Shown here: positions 1-11,780 of the stretch, in pieces
Numbering within the stretch: position 1 is the stretch's first letter
Layout of the letters: each line of letters opens with the position of its first letter
DNA from: Camelus ferus
Taxonomy: Eukaryota
Length of the DNA: 64,000 nucleotides
Reading direction: 5' to 3'
Assembly (NCBI RefSeq): GCF_009834535.1
Contig: NC_045697.1
Coordinates: 103,106,001-103,170,000 of the forward strand
Program-made: the position numbers and the translations under genes
The notes under the pieces: generated by a model
What the model saw: only the letters and a program-made list of their open reading frames with translations
Database searches by the model: none
What the model was told of the DNA's origin: nothing

Positions 1-774
1 ACCATTCACAGTCCCAAGTGCACAGCCAGAAGACAATCAGTGCACAAATAAATACACTGAGCTCCTCCCAGGGTTCTCTAGCAATCATAGTCATTTTTCA
101 GGATTTATCTAAGAACTATCGCACAGGCAGAAACGGCAGCACACATAACCTTGGTCAGCTGTGGCTACATCTAAATAGTCAAAATGCAGCTGCGGAGGGA
201 TTAGGAAAGGCAGAGCAAATCCTTTCTTCCTAATTGCCTTAAAGTACAACACAGAAGAGATAAAACAAATGAAGGCATTTATGTATTTCCTGAACCTACA
301 AAGTCTGTGCCAATCGTTCAGGAATGCATTTTAGTATTATATATATATATTTATAAACATGGAATTTTTTAGCCATTAAAAATTATACTGTAGATGAATA
401 TTTATCAGAATGGGAAGAAGTTCGTGGTAGACCAGTAATTTAAAAATCAGATTTTAAAAAATGTGTATGGAATGGTCTCTTTGTAGTAAATTAATGTGTA
501 TACATTCATAATAATAAAAATGCTGCCTTGATGGGTGTTTTATTGACTCTTGTTGCTGATCTGTGTTTTATAATTTTTCTTCAGTAAGACTGCATTGCTT
601 TTTCTAAAAAGAAAAAAACAAGATATGTTCCTTTAAAAATAAGGCATAACAAAAAGTGTTAAGATCATTTGAGAGCAACTAAGATACTGACAGATGACCT
701 GTAGTGATCACACAAGACGTAAGTGAGAAAAAAAAATGAAGGAGGAGCAAAGAAATAACAATAGAAATGATACC

Positions 775-937
775 CTTAATACTGACACCCATTCCAATAT
801 GTGGGTTTGGCCCCCACCACCAAGCAATTCTCGGATACTAGCTGGGTGCAATATGATTTAACTCAATTCTGACACTATCTACAGGGAATCCCACAGGTTA
901 AAGGCTCAGTCTGGGGCTCAAGACTGCCCCTCACCCC

Positions 938-992
<55 letters not shown>

Positions 993-1385
993 GCAAGTTG
1001 AGGTTGTGCCCTGTGCTTCTGTTCCACCAGCTACAGATTAGAGATTCCAACCACCCGCTCCTAGGGACCAATTAATTTGCTAGAGCAAGTGACAGCACTC
1101 AGAGAAGCATTTTACTTACTATATTACTGGTTTGTTATAAAAAGGTATAACAGGACCCACCAGCTGGAAGAGATACAGAAGGCAAGGAAGGGAGAAAGGG
1201 CACGGAGCTCCAAGCCCTCCGAGAGCACCATATGCTCACCAACAAGCAAACTCCCTGAACCCTGTCATTTTTGGTTTTGTGGAGGCCTCACTGCACAAGC
1301 CATGGTGGGTTAAATCACTGGCCACTGGCAACTGAGTGAACCCCCAGCCCCTCTCCCCTAGTCGGAAATCAAGAGATGGGACTGG
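775..1385. mobile_element. Solo LTR remnant, MER21/MER77-like (ERVL-related), containing an (AC)n tract
   Basis: Recalled similarity to MER21-type LTRs. Blocks resemble a second copy at ~43070-43715 (CACAGG..CAAGACTGCC, ACTCAG..AAGCA.T, CCCCAGCCCCTCTCCCC). Boundaries approximate. Confidence 0.55.
939..990. repeat. (AC)26 microsatellite
   Basis: Uninterrupted AC repeat read directly. Confidence 0.97.
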
Positions 1386-1387
1386 GA

Positions 1388-1795
1388 GAATGAAATACTG
1401 TTGCGGCAACATGGATGCACCTAGAGAATATTATGCTTAGTGAAATCAGTTGAAGACAAATGCTATCTGATATCACTTACATGTGGAATCTAAAAAATAA
1501 AATACAAATAAATGCATACACAGAACAGAAGAGACTCATGGCCATAAAAAACAAATCTGTAGTTACCGAGAGGGGAGAGGGGAGGGACAAATTAGGGGTT
1601 TGGGATTAACAGATAAAAACGACTACGTATAAAACAGATAGGCAACAAGGATATACTGTACAGCACAGGGAACTATACCCATTACTTCGTAATAACCTGT
1701 AATGGAATATAATCTGCCAAAATACTGAATTGCTATACTGTACACCTGAAACTAACACAATAGTGTAAATCAACTATATTTCAGTTTTTAAAAAA
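1388..1795 (+). mobile_element. LINE-1 3' end fragment (cetartiodactyl-type L1 3' UTR)
   Basis: GCAACATGGATGCACCTAGAG...TACTGTACAGCACAGGGAACTAT...TGTAAATCAACTATATTTCA followed by an A-rich end. Confidence 0.85.
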
Positions 1796-2033
1796 GACAC
1801 CTTTATCATTCATATCACTTAGAACATACAAAGGGTTTTAAGAACTCTGGGCCAGAAATGGAGAGGAAAACAAAATATATATTTCACAGTATTACAGTTC
1901 CTTAGGACCAACCTTCCTAAAGTGTGCTCCCCAGAACACACATCCCACAAAATGCCCTGCAAAAAATATAAACGAGATTGGTTGCCTTTAAGACCTATCA
2001 CAACGTTAGCAACAGTTAAGAAAGGACAAACCC

Positions 2034-2253
2034 GGAGTGGGAGGGTATTGGGTGTAAGACAGGCTCGAGGCAGCATTGTACAACATGGGGAATATAGCCC
2101 ATGTTTTGTAATAAGCATAAATGGAAAGTAACCTTTAAAAGTTGTATAAAAAATAGTACACCAGAAATGAACACAACATTGTAAATCAACTATACTTCAA
2201 TTAAAATTTTTTAATGTCTAAAAAATAAAAACAAAGTAAAACTATAAAATAAA
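2034..2253 (+). mobile_element. 5'-truncated LINE-1 3' end with A-rich tail
   Basis: GTACAACATGGGGAATATAGCC...CAACATTGTAAATCAACTATACTTCAATTAAAA plus A-rich tail. Degenerate TSD AAAGGACAAACCC / AAAGAGACTAACCC. Confidence 0.8.
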
Positions 2254-2866
2254 AAGAGACTAACCCTTTTGTTGATTCAGAATGCACTCTGGAAAGTTCT
2301 GCAGGGGAGAGACCTGTGGCAGCAGTTACTTATGTGGCTGCAGATGCCTTTTCTCATGGAATACCTATCAGCATTCCACGGCCCACCTTCGAAAAGACTA
2401 TCTTCCAGTAAAGTCCAAGGAGATGCTCTTCTTAAGTCCCAAAGGCCTGTCGTTTTGATGACTGCAATTGCCTAAAGAAGAAATTCCACAGCGAAAGGCT
2501 TTCAGTCCAGTATGCCTAGGGAGCTCCAGTGCAAAAGAGACCCAGAACTGTCAAACAGACCGCCACCAGTGTGCTTCCATTCCCTGACCCTGGACCGAAT
2601 TCTCCTCGGTGGAAAGGAGACCGAACGTTCAACGTCTCTCTGGACTCGAGAGGAAAGAGGATTCTCCACAGCAAACTTCCAGAAGCTCCAGCCGTCACCT
2701 CCTGGCCTTCATTCTCCAAGGCCTCCTCTTGGACTTTGCCAATCAGCTCTCGCTTCTTTTATTCTGTAAAACTGATGTTTCAAAAGGCTCTAAAAGAGAA
2801 TTTTTAGAGCTGGCTTCAGGTCCATAGGCCACACAAGACTAACCATGTGGGGTGTGCTGAAATTCA

Positions 2867-3021
2867 NNNNNNNNNNNNNNNNNNNNNNNNNNNNNNNNNN
2901 NNNNNNNNNNNNNNNNNNNNNNNNNNNNNNNNNNNNNNNNNNNNNNNNNNNNNNNNNNNNNNNNNNNNNNNNNNNNNNNNNNNNNNNNNNNNNNNNNNNN
3001 NNNNNNNNNNNNNNNNNNNNN
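2867..3021. other. Assembly gap (155 N)
   Basis: Run of N. Confidence 0.99.
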
Positions 3022-3252
3022 CGCCATCCATTTCTAGAACTTTTCCATCACCCCAAACAGAAACCCTGTACCCAGTAAACACTAACTCCCCACTGCCTTC
3101 CCCCGACCCCCGCGTCCCTGGTAACTTCTGTTTTACTTTCTGTCTCTATGAATTCCATGAGTCCAGGTGCTTCATATGAGTGGAATCACACAATATTTGT
3201 CCTTTTGTGTCTGGCTTATCCCACTTAGCATAATGTTTTCAAGGTTCATCCA
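3022..3252 (-). mobile_element. Old LINE-1 (L1MB/MC-like) 3' UTR fragment
   Basis: TTTCTAGAACTTTTCCATCACCCCAAACAGAAACCCTGTACCC...CTGGCTTATCCCACTTAGCATAATGTTTTCAAGGTTCATCCA, typical antisense L1M 3' end. Confidence 0.8.
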
Positions 3253-3659
3253 AAACTGAATAGTTTTCAATGAGTAATAATTATTATTTCATATTAGTGA
3301 AAAGGATGATACTGCTTGTAATCTTTCACCAAGGTTTCTGTAACTTTCTAAAAGACAGAGAGCTTGAGGCATAGGTTAGTGCCCACATTCAAGCATGTTT
3401 TTTTCTTACTCTGTTTCTCCAGAAATAGAAGGTCCTAACCATAATTATTGATCATCAGAATAGGCAACATTGTTCAGGACCTCTGTCTGATACTTCTAAA
3501 CCTATGGCCCAAACATATACCCAGAAAGTATGTTCTGATTTCTCTCTCAGCAGTAAGTCAGTTAGTAAGATTTAAAAAAAAAAAAATTCTTCATATCTTG
3601 AATGTTCTCTGTTTCACCCTCAGAGATGATGGTAAGTGGAGTTCAACTCCACTTTGATT

Positions 3660-4990
3660 TCATTTCACTGTAGAAAGTATTTCTCTGGGTTTGGGGACAG
3701 CATCTGAATTCCTTTCTTTCATTTATCTTATTTTTGAGGATATGACATATAAGCACATCCCATAATGTCTTGGATTTCGCCAATGAATGAGAAATCATGT
3801 GTTAAAATCAAACTCGATTAAGATATTTATACCATACTTTGGTCTTCTTAACAAATCCTGACAGCCACAACATTTAAAATGATAACATTTACACGCTGAC
3901 ATGATAGACCGAGGCTATTAAACAATAGAATATATCATTGAAATATGCTACTTGAAAAAAACTACTTAAAAAAGTATATATCCTTACTAGTGTCATGAAG
4001 AAATGCTTTTATCTCATCCCTGATTTTAAAAGCTTGTTTAAACATTTTCATCCCAGTAAACAGTTTACTTCTGTGTGAAAAAGATGACTTGTACTTACTG
4101 CCAATTTCTTCACAAAGCTTGCTCATAAGATAAACACTCAGTGACCACAGTTTAAATGTATTAACCACATTCACCAACTATGTTCTGGGTTCAGATGAAG
4201 CCAGGGAGAAGGGGACACCCATTTTATCCAAATAAGTCAACACTTCCTCATTGAATTCATAACCGGTGCTGGCAGTGTCTTTCCAGCCTGTATCATGATG
4301 CACAGAATAATTGCCAACTACATGAAAAATCTCCTGTAGTCATGGGGTGGGGCAGTGAACTAAACAGCAGGTCACTGAGCACTTCCCTTTCATATATTTC
4401 TGCACATTTCTGCCAAGCATTGATTGATACTCTGCATGTCTGTGATTCTTTCCAAATGTAAGCCTAATGCTAGGCATGGCCCTTCTGTGCTGAATGCCAT
4501 TGATGTCACATGATGTACAACGGTCCCCTCGGATTAGGAAATTCCCAGGAGCTAATTCCTGAGCATGGTAATGATCATTAGCCTCATAGCTGGATTTATA
4601 AACTTTTTAGCAATATGTGACTTCCATATTTGTTTTTTTTGTTTGTTTGTTGGGTTTGGGTTTTTTTTGAGGGGTGGTAGGTACAACTTTGATTAATGGT
4701 TCTTTAGTTTTGGTCTCTTCTCCACCTTTAAATGACACAATGTATCAATTTCATATTAGAAAGCATGATTTTGTGCTTGTTCAGGAAAAACTAGATTGGT
4801 TTATCAGAAAGGTCACGGTCCTTTGAAAGCAATGCAAAAGCCTCAGTGGCTTCTTGCCATTCTTTAACGATGTTTGGTAACAGACAATGCAATAGAAACT
4901 AGAGGCAAATTGATTGCTGGTCTGATAAAATCCAATTTTCACGTATTCATCAAGATTCACTTGTTCTAACATATATAGCCTCACAATATT
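3660..4990 (-). mobile_element. Degenerate hAT (Charlie/Buster-family) transposase fossil
   Basis: Minus-strand translations give, in the expected order: EYVKIGF..YCIVC..KP.RL (BED finger), LHLERITD (~LQLDESTD), WQKCAEIYMKG (~WKNCVGICTDG), LCIMIQAGKTLP (~HCIIHRQALASKTLP), VVNVVNTFK..LCEEIGS..FKIRDEIKAFL. Frameshifts and stops present. Confidence 0.8.
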
Positions 4991-5060
4991 TACATTGGAC
5001 TCCGGTTCATTGTTTACATCTACAGTGTTGTTCTATTTACATGACCATTTTCATCACTAC

Positions 5061-5360
5061 TTTATTTTTATTTTTTTTAATGGATGTAGAGTCAGTTTCC
5101 AATGTTGTATCAATTTCTGGTGTGTAGCATAATGTTTCAGTCATACATATACATACATAAATTCATTTTCATATTATTTTTCAGTATAGTTTACTACAGG
5201 ATATTGAATATAGTTCCCAGGGCTATACAGTATAAACATGTTGTTTATCAAATTTACATATAGTAGTTAATATCTGCAAATCTGGAAAGCCCAATGTATC
5301 CCTTCCCACTCCTACTGTTTTTATTGAAATATAGTCCGTGTACAATGTTGTGCCAATTTC
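5061..5360 (-). mobile_element. LINE-1 3' end fragment
   Basis: T-rich start, then ATATTGAATATAGTTCCCAGGGCTATACAGTA, the antisense of the L1 3' UTR seen at 1388-1795. Confidence 0.8.
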
Positions 5361-6099
5361 TTCCATCCCTACTCTTATACTTACTTAACTACTTCTAAGC
5401 ACTTGATTTATTTTTATGAATTGCCTATCATAACACATAATAAAAATGTAAAATTAGATATAAATAGCATTTAAATATATAAGATTTAACAGTCAAAACC
5501 ATGCACTGTTAACTGAATATTAGTTGGGATGAACACAGTTTAGGAATATAGCAATTATTAAGCATGCATCTAGATTCCCAATCAAATGATAAATTAATCT
5601 TAACTTTCAAATTTACAAAATGAATGTCAACTAAGTTGTTTCCTTGCTCTTTCCTTCTACAGATAGCCTGGGAACACTGACAAACCACGGTCTGCCTGTG
5701 AGCAGCAATTCCCTATGGGTGGGATTTTGGGGTGTTGGGTTGGCTGGCTGCCCTCCAAAACAGCTCATCCTCCAACTAGACTGATATCCAAAGGCCCCAA
5801 GTCATATTATTCCTCCTATGAGCTTATAAACCTGGCTTATAGATCTGGCTTATAAACGTCAAGGTGACTTTTATTAAACATTGTGAAGCCCGCAGCATAA
5901 AGGTAGGCTATTGAAACTGGCTCTATATGAAACGAACAGACTGTTCTAGGCTCTGGAGTACAGTTGTGAATAAGACAAACAAGATTTCTGTTCCCATGCA
6001 GCTTCCGTTTAGAGTTGAGATGTTCCTCGGAATATAAAAAGAGAAAAATACAGCCACACTCTGGAGTAAACTACTAAAAAAGCTTATTTCGTCAAAAGC

Positions 6100-6128
6100 A
6101 TCATTTTGTCATGTGATATGGATATAAA

Positions 6129-6165
<37 letters not shown>

Positions 6166-6690
6166 GTATATACAAAGAAATATTATTCAGCCTTAAAAAA
6201 AAGAAGGAAATCTTGTCACCTGTAAATTTGTAACAATATGGATGAACGTAGAGGGCGTTATGCGAAGAGAAGTAAGCCGGTCACAAAAACACAAACACTG
6301 CATGATGTCACTTACATGTGGACTCCAAAAAAGGGGAACTCATAGAAGCACAGAGTAGAATACTGGGTGCCGTGGTGCTGGGGAGAGTGATGGAGAGACG
6401 CTGGTAAAGCGTTTAAGTTCAGTTATGCAGGATGAGTAAGTTCCAGAAATCTAATGGTCAGCATGGTGTCTATAGTTAGTATAATATATATAAAATATAT
6501 AATAATGTGCAGTTTTCTAAAAGAGTAGATCTTAAGCATTTATACACACACATACATATGATAGCTATGTGAGGTGGTAGACATGTTAATTAGCTTGAAT
6601 GTCATAATCATTTCACAATGTATCAGAATAACATGTACACTTTAAATATATACAACTTTTATTTGTCAATTATACTTCAGTAAAGCTAGG
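6100..6690 (+). mobile_element. LINE-1 (L1MA/MB-like) 3' end containing a (TC)10(TA)8 tract at 6129-6164
   Basis: TATTATTCAGCCTTAAAAAAAAGAAGGAAATCTTG...TGTGAGGTGGTAGACATGTTAATTAGCTTGA...TTTTATTTGTCAATTATACTTCAGTAAAGCT. Confidence 0.85.
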
Positions 6691-8123
6691 GAAAGTTTAA
6701 ATTGAATTCAATTAAAATGAAATAAAACATTCAGCCACTTAAAAATAAAAAGCACCATTTCATCAATAACACAAGATCACCATGGGGATAGGAGGTACAC
6801 CCTTGCCCGACAGCACCTGACTGTAATCTGATTGAATGTTTAATCATGTGTATATCAAAACTGCTGATTAGTGATGCAGAAAATAAAACCCCCAACATGG
6901 AGCTGCTGTTATAGACTGACAACACCAGGCATGAATATGTTCCTCCTTTCTGATGGAAATTTGGACTCAAATGGAAATTTGCCTGTGGAGAGAATTATTG
7001 ACAAGTATATGTTATATTTTTATAACCAATCAATAAATTCGCATTCTGGTCATACATATTAGTCTCCAGGCATGTGTGTAACATGAGAGATTACAAATCA
7101 AGGCTGCAAGGCCGAGGGCTGGCTCTGGAGGGCATGCAAAGCATCAACCCAGATGATACCCCAGTACCTACCCGTCAGGGTGGCCCCAGGCTTTGTCCGT
7201 GAGCCTACCGGCTTAAGAGCAAGTTCTCTTCCCACCCAGCAACTTGCATTAATTAGTAATCATGAGATATTTGGAAAGCACTTCATAAACTATCCCTAGG
7301 GAGAAACTAACAGTTTAAGATGTGGGGTAGGAAATGGTTATTTCAAGGTTTATAATAAACCATTTTCAGCAGAACTGGTTGATATTCTAAAGAACTGTCA
7401 AAACAGACTAGAAAATGAAGGAGCAATTGAACCCACAACGTTTGGTCCTTTTGTAAGTGTAGTTGCCTGTACTATTAATAGGAAGACAGGCTAACACAGC
7501 CAATGGAGTACGTTTAAGTAAATAAACAGACATTTCTCATTTATTCCAACAAGTTGAAATAGTGCATAAGATCAAAAAAGAAAAGAAAAGAAAAGAAAAG
7601 AAACATTCAGCAGTTCAGCCTTGTCTCCCTTTCTTGTGAAATTGGAAAGAAACAAAATAAGCACATTTGGATGTGGCCTAAGTGGGACAAAGAATATTTA
7701 TCATAGACAGTCGAATATTAGTCATAAGACCAAAGCCACTCTTTCCAAGTTCAGCAGAAATACACACAGAATTTGATAAATATTGAATTATGCTTTGAGG
7801 CAAAACTGGTCATATTTTTTAATACAATCTGCCTTTTAAGAATTTCTCTCCTTCGACTTTGAAATAAAAGTAATTCACCAAATACAATTTAAAAAAGATA
7901 CTACATCGAATTTGCTTTTCATCTCAGCTTAGGGAAGAGCTTTTGCTTGCTTTTATACCCTCACCTTTAGCAATTTTTCTCCTGAATGAGAGGGAAAAAA
8001 CCCTGAACGCTTCCAGAGAAATGTAGTGAAAAACAGGCTGCCTGTAAAGTGAAGTGGTCACATCAGATATACCACATATATTACTGTTCAGTTCAGACAA
8101 TGTGTTTAAAGACATCAAATTAG

Positions 8124-8285
8124 GGTGGAAGGTATAGCTCAGTGGTAGAGTGCGTGCCTAGCATGCTTGAGGTCCTGGGTTCCATCCCCAGTGCCTCCAT
8201 TACTGGAAACAAACAAACAAATAAATAAATAGACCTGATTACCTCCCCAAACCACCCCACCCTCAAAAAAAAAAAAAAAGGAAAA
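8124..8285 (+). mobile_element. tRNA-Ala-derived SINE (vic-1-like), long form, copy 1
   Basis: tRNA-Ala-like body (TAGCTCAGTGGTAGAG...CCCCAGTGCCTCCA), tail ACCTGATTACCTCCCC and poly(A). Exact 16-bp TSD AAAGACATCAAATTAG at 8108-8123 and 8286-8301. Confidence 0.93.
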
Positions 8286-8459
8286 AAAGACATCAAATTA
8301 GATATGGTAATTATTTTGGAAATTAGATTTTTCATTTTATGGAGCTTTCTTTAAACTGGAGAATATGAAAACATCTGAAAACACTGACCAATTTTTCTAA
8401 ACTTTGTCCCCTTAGGATCACTTGGTTGTAAGAGGGGTGGATGGTGAAGAATGGTCAAT

Positions 8460-9375
8460 TTTATTTTATTTTTTTAATTGAAGTATAGTTAATTTACAAT
8501 GTTTCAGGTATACAGAAAAGTGATTCAGTTATACATAGCTATATAAATCTGTTCTTTATCAAATTCTTTTCCATTACAGATTATTGTAAGATACTGAATA
8601 TAGTTCCCTGGCTCTACAATAGGACCTTCTGGTTATCTATTTTACTTTTATTAATCCCAGACTCCTAATTTATCCCTCCCCTCCCCTTTCCCTTTTGGTA
8701 ACCGTAAGTTTGTTTTCTATGTCTGTGAGTCTGTTTCTGTTTTGTAAATACACTCATTTGCATCTTTTTTTTTTTTAGATTCCACATATAAGTGATATCA
8801 TATAGTATTTGTCTTTGTCTGTCTAACTTACTTCATTTAGTCTGATAATCTCTAGGTCCATCCATGTTGCTGTAAATGNNNNNNNNNNNNNNNNNNNNNN
8901 NNNNNNNNNNNNNNNNNNNNNNNNNNNNNNNNNNNNNNNNNNNNNNNNNNNNNNNNNNNNNNNNNNNNNNNNNNNNNNNNNNNNNNNNNNNNNNNNNNNN
9001 NNNNNNNNNNNNNNNNNNGGGGTGCATGTGATTTTTTCAAATTAGAGTTTTCACTGGAGATATGACCAAGAGTGGGATTGCTGGACCATATGGTAACTCT
9101 ATTTTTAGTTCTTAAAGAAACCTCCATAGTGTTCTCCACAGTGGCTGCACCGATTTACATTCCCACCAACAAGTGTAGGAGGGTTCCCTTTTCTCCGCAC
9201 CCTCTCCAGCATTTATTATTTGCAGACTTTTTGATGACGGCCATTCTGACCGGTGTGAGGCGGTACCTCATTGTAGTTTTGATTTGCTTTTCTCTAATAA
9301 TTAGTGGTGTTGAGTATCTTTCCAGGTGTCTGTTGGCCATCTGTATGTCTTCTTTGGAGAACTGTCTATTTGGAT
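8460..9375 (-). mobile_element. LINE-1 3' fragment: ORF2 C-terminus plus 3' UTR, interrupted by a gap
   Basis: Minus-strand translation [54 protein letters not shown] matches the L1 ORF2p C-terminal region. 3' UTR and T-rich tail lie to the left. Confidence 0.93.
8879..9018. other. Assembly gap (140 N)
   Basis: Run of N. Confidence 0.99.
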
Positions 9376-9544
9376 GAGAAGGGTCAGTTTTAAAATTACT
9401 GAAACCCGGTTTCCACCCCTGAGATTCTCACTCCCTAGTTGATTGTAATCTGCCATCAAAGTTAACAGCTACTGTCCTAAAAAATAAAGTGTGGTAATGC
9501 AACCATCAAAATTCTAGAAATTCAAAACTCATTTAGGTTTAGGT

Positions 9545-9665
9545 TAGGTTGCCAGATAAAATAGAGGACGGTTAGTTAAATTTGAATTTCAGATAAACAA
9601 CAACTACACATCCAAAATACTACAAAAGCACCCTGTATTTTTATTTACTGAATGTGGCAACACTA
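9545..9665. mobile_element. MER53-like non-autonomous hAT DNA transposon (internally deleted)
   Basis: Terminal inverted repeats TAGGTTGCCA...TGGCAACACTA; internal AGTTAAATTTGAATTTCAGATAAACAAC. Confidence 0.75.
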
Positions 9666-11299
9666 ATTTAGGTGCTTTGGGGGGGTTTTGTTTTGTTTTG
9701 TTTTGTTTTTGTTTAAAAATTCTTTGGAACAAATTTGTTCACCTACTCTTGGAGCTCCTTAGAAACAAAAAACAAAAAATTGGTAAAGATGTTAGATGTC
9801 CTCCTTTCCTGGGTCCTAAATCAGCTCGCCTTCTCTTCACATCTCCAGAGGGCTCTGGTTGTGTCTTGCCTTACGTCCAGGATTTAGAACTGTCCTGAGC
9901 AAGAAGAGGTGGGGAGAAACAGGGCTACACTGTCTTGTTCACATTAGAAACAGAGTATGTCTCTGCTGCCATTATTAAATGTTACTTTTCATCTAGAAAA
10001 GTAAAACAGTGCTCTTTGCCTATTAAGTGAAAACATTATGAAACGAGATAGCCACTGCTAACATTGTGTGCTTCCTTCCAACCTCTAAATAAATAAATAT
10101 AGATGCAGATCTAGGAACTCATTACGGGGAGATTTGATAACTGAGGCAGAAAGCTCTCAGATATGCCGACTTCTCTGTTTTCTACCAGGCACGTCCGAGA
10201 GGAGCCGCAGTGACAGTCCCAGCTTCACAGAATGCCCTGCTGCCGCTTCCCTGCCTAATTACCAATTTTCCCTCGACCACCGATTAAATGCTTCCTTTCC
10301 CCATTTATTTGTGATGCCATCTTTATCATATACACATTGTTTTGTTGGTGTTATAAATCAGGCATTTTTATTGTGCCATTATAATTAGTTTTGTTGCCAT
10401 AAAGGGAAGTGATTCGTTTATATCAATTTGTTTTATTTTGGCTTTCTTAGTAAAGTTTCTGTGTAAGAAGCTTGTCAGCCTTACAAAGTTCTTAGGTAAG
10501 AAGCTTGTCAGTCTTACCAACTGTGACCTCTTCTTTGGTGAGACCTTATGCAAGCTCTAAAATCTGGGTACAGTGAGTGGAAGTTTTATGACACCAGGAA
10601 ATGGAGACCAATCAAGGGATTTGGGTCTCCTTTTATTCCTCATCAAATACTATCCAGCACATTCAAACAAGCGCTTCCTTGCTTCCAGCCCTCTTGTGAA
10701 GGAGAGGTTTCTTCAAATGCCACTTGGGGACCACTGCCTTACTCATCACGAACAGGAGTTGTCCCAACCCCTGCTATCACCTCCTCTGGGTCTGCACCTG
10801 TGTGCTGGAGGTATCCTCCCGTCTCAGTACCCTTACCAGTGAGAAGTGTTCAGTGGTGACTTCCAGAAACAACTTCAGCCTCATTAAGGCGAACTTGTAA
10901 ACCTACACTCGAAATAATAAATAGTAAGAAGCATAATTTCTAGACAAATAAAATCTTTAACAAGAATTACTTAAACATTAAACGATCTTCTCATGTTGCG
11001 TTACGTATAATTTATTTTCTGGGAATGAGCTCACAAATCTTAGTGTGACTTAATTCAGAATAATGCCACAGTTTATTAATGCCATATATTCCTGTGAGAA
11101 AGAATGAAGACTACTCTGGAATTGCCAAATGCTTCTCAAGAGTCTCAGATGACACTCTCTTATTAGTTCTAAGAGTTTTAAAATTAATTTTCGTGGTAGA
11201 CAAAAATGCTGTCAGGAAATAAAAACAGTTTGGTTGCTCTAAGTCAATGTCTAGACCTTATAGATATAAAGTTAAGATGTTAAATCAAATAGGTCATTG

Positions 11300-11780
11300 G
11301 AGAAAAGCCACATGACCATCTGATTAGATAAAAAGAAAGACATTTGATAACATTTATCATTCATTCTTGATTAAATTTTTAAAGTTATAGTAAACAAGGA
11401 ATAAGGTGCTTCCCCAACATGACCAAGCTGATGTCACTTTAATAGTTAATATTAAAATATCTTTGCAGGGGCAGGGGTGTAGCTCAGTGGTAGAGCGCAT
11501 GCTTAGCATGCATGAGGTCCTGGGTTCAATCCCCAGTATCTCCATTAAAAATAAATACAAAAAATACCTTTGCATTTCTAGAATAAGCCATGCATTTTAT
11601 GTTGGCTTTTTGTATCTTTCCTATGATTTGTCAATGTAGTGAATTATATTAATTGACTTTCTAATTAAAACCAAACTTACATTCTGGAAGAAACTCAACT
11701 TGGTCTTGAATTACTGTACTTTTTATACCTTGCTGTATTTGATGTTAGTTTCAATTAGGATGTATGCACCTAAATTCCTG
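11300..11780. mobile_element. Old LINE-1 ORF2 (RT-region) fragments in both orientations
   Basis: 11300-11450 translates on + as KSHMTI*LD..TFDNIYHSFLIK (~[24 protein letters not shown]). 11600-11780 matches the antisense of the L1 segment just upstream of that motif. Confidence 0.65.
11468..11560 (+). mobile_element. tRNA-Ala-derived SINE (vic-1-like), short form, copy 2
   Basis: Intact A box TAGCTCAGTGG, B box GGTTCAATCC, AGC anticodon loop and A-rich tail. 14-bp TSD AAAATA(T/C)CTTTGCA at 11454-11467 and 11561-11574. Confidence 0.93.

Noticed and set aside
2787-2811. 9-bp hairpin GCTCTAAAA/TTTTAGAGC whose right arm resembles the start of a type II CRISPR repeat
   Set aside because: Single copy with no array, spacers or cas genes, in mammalian DNA; a chance match.
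2839-3179. ORFs spanning N runs (also at 8833-9139 and 39005-39328)
   Set aside because: They stay open only because N codons contain no stops.
8120-8335. Similar short ORFs at 8120, 11357 and 32789 (MEALGIEPRTSCMLSMRSTTEL...) that look like a small protein family
   Set aside because: All are antisense translations of the tRNA-derived SINE.
9072-9377. 101-aa hydrophobic + strand ORF
   Set aside because: Antisense reading of L1 ORF2; the L1 protein is visible on the minus strand.
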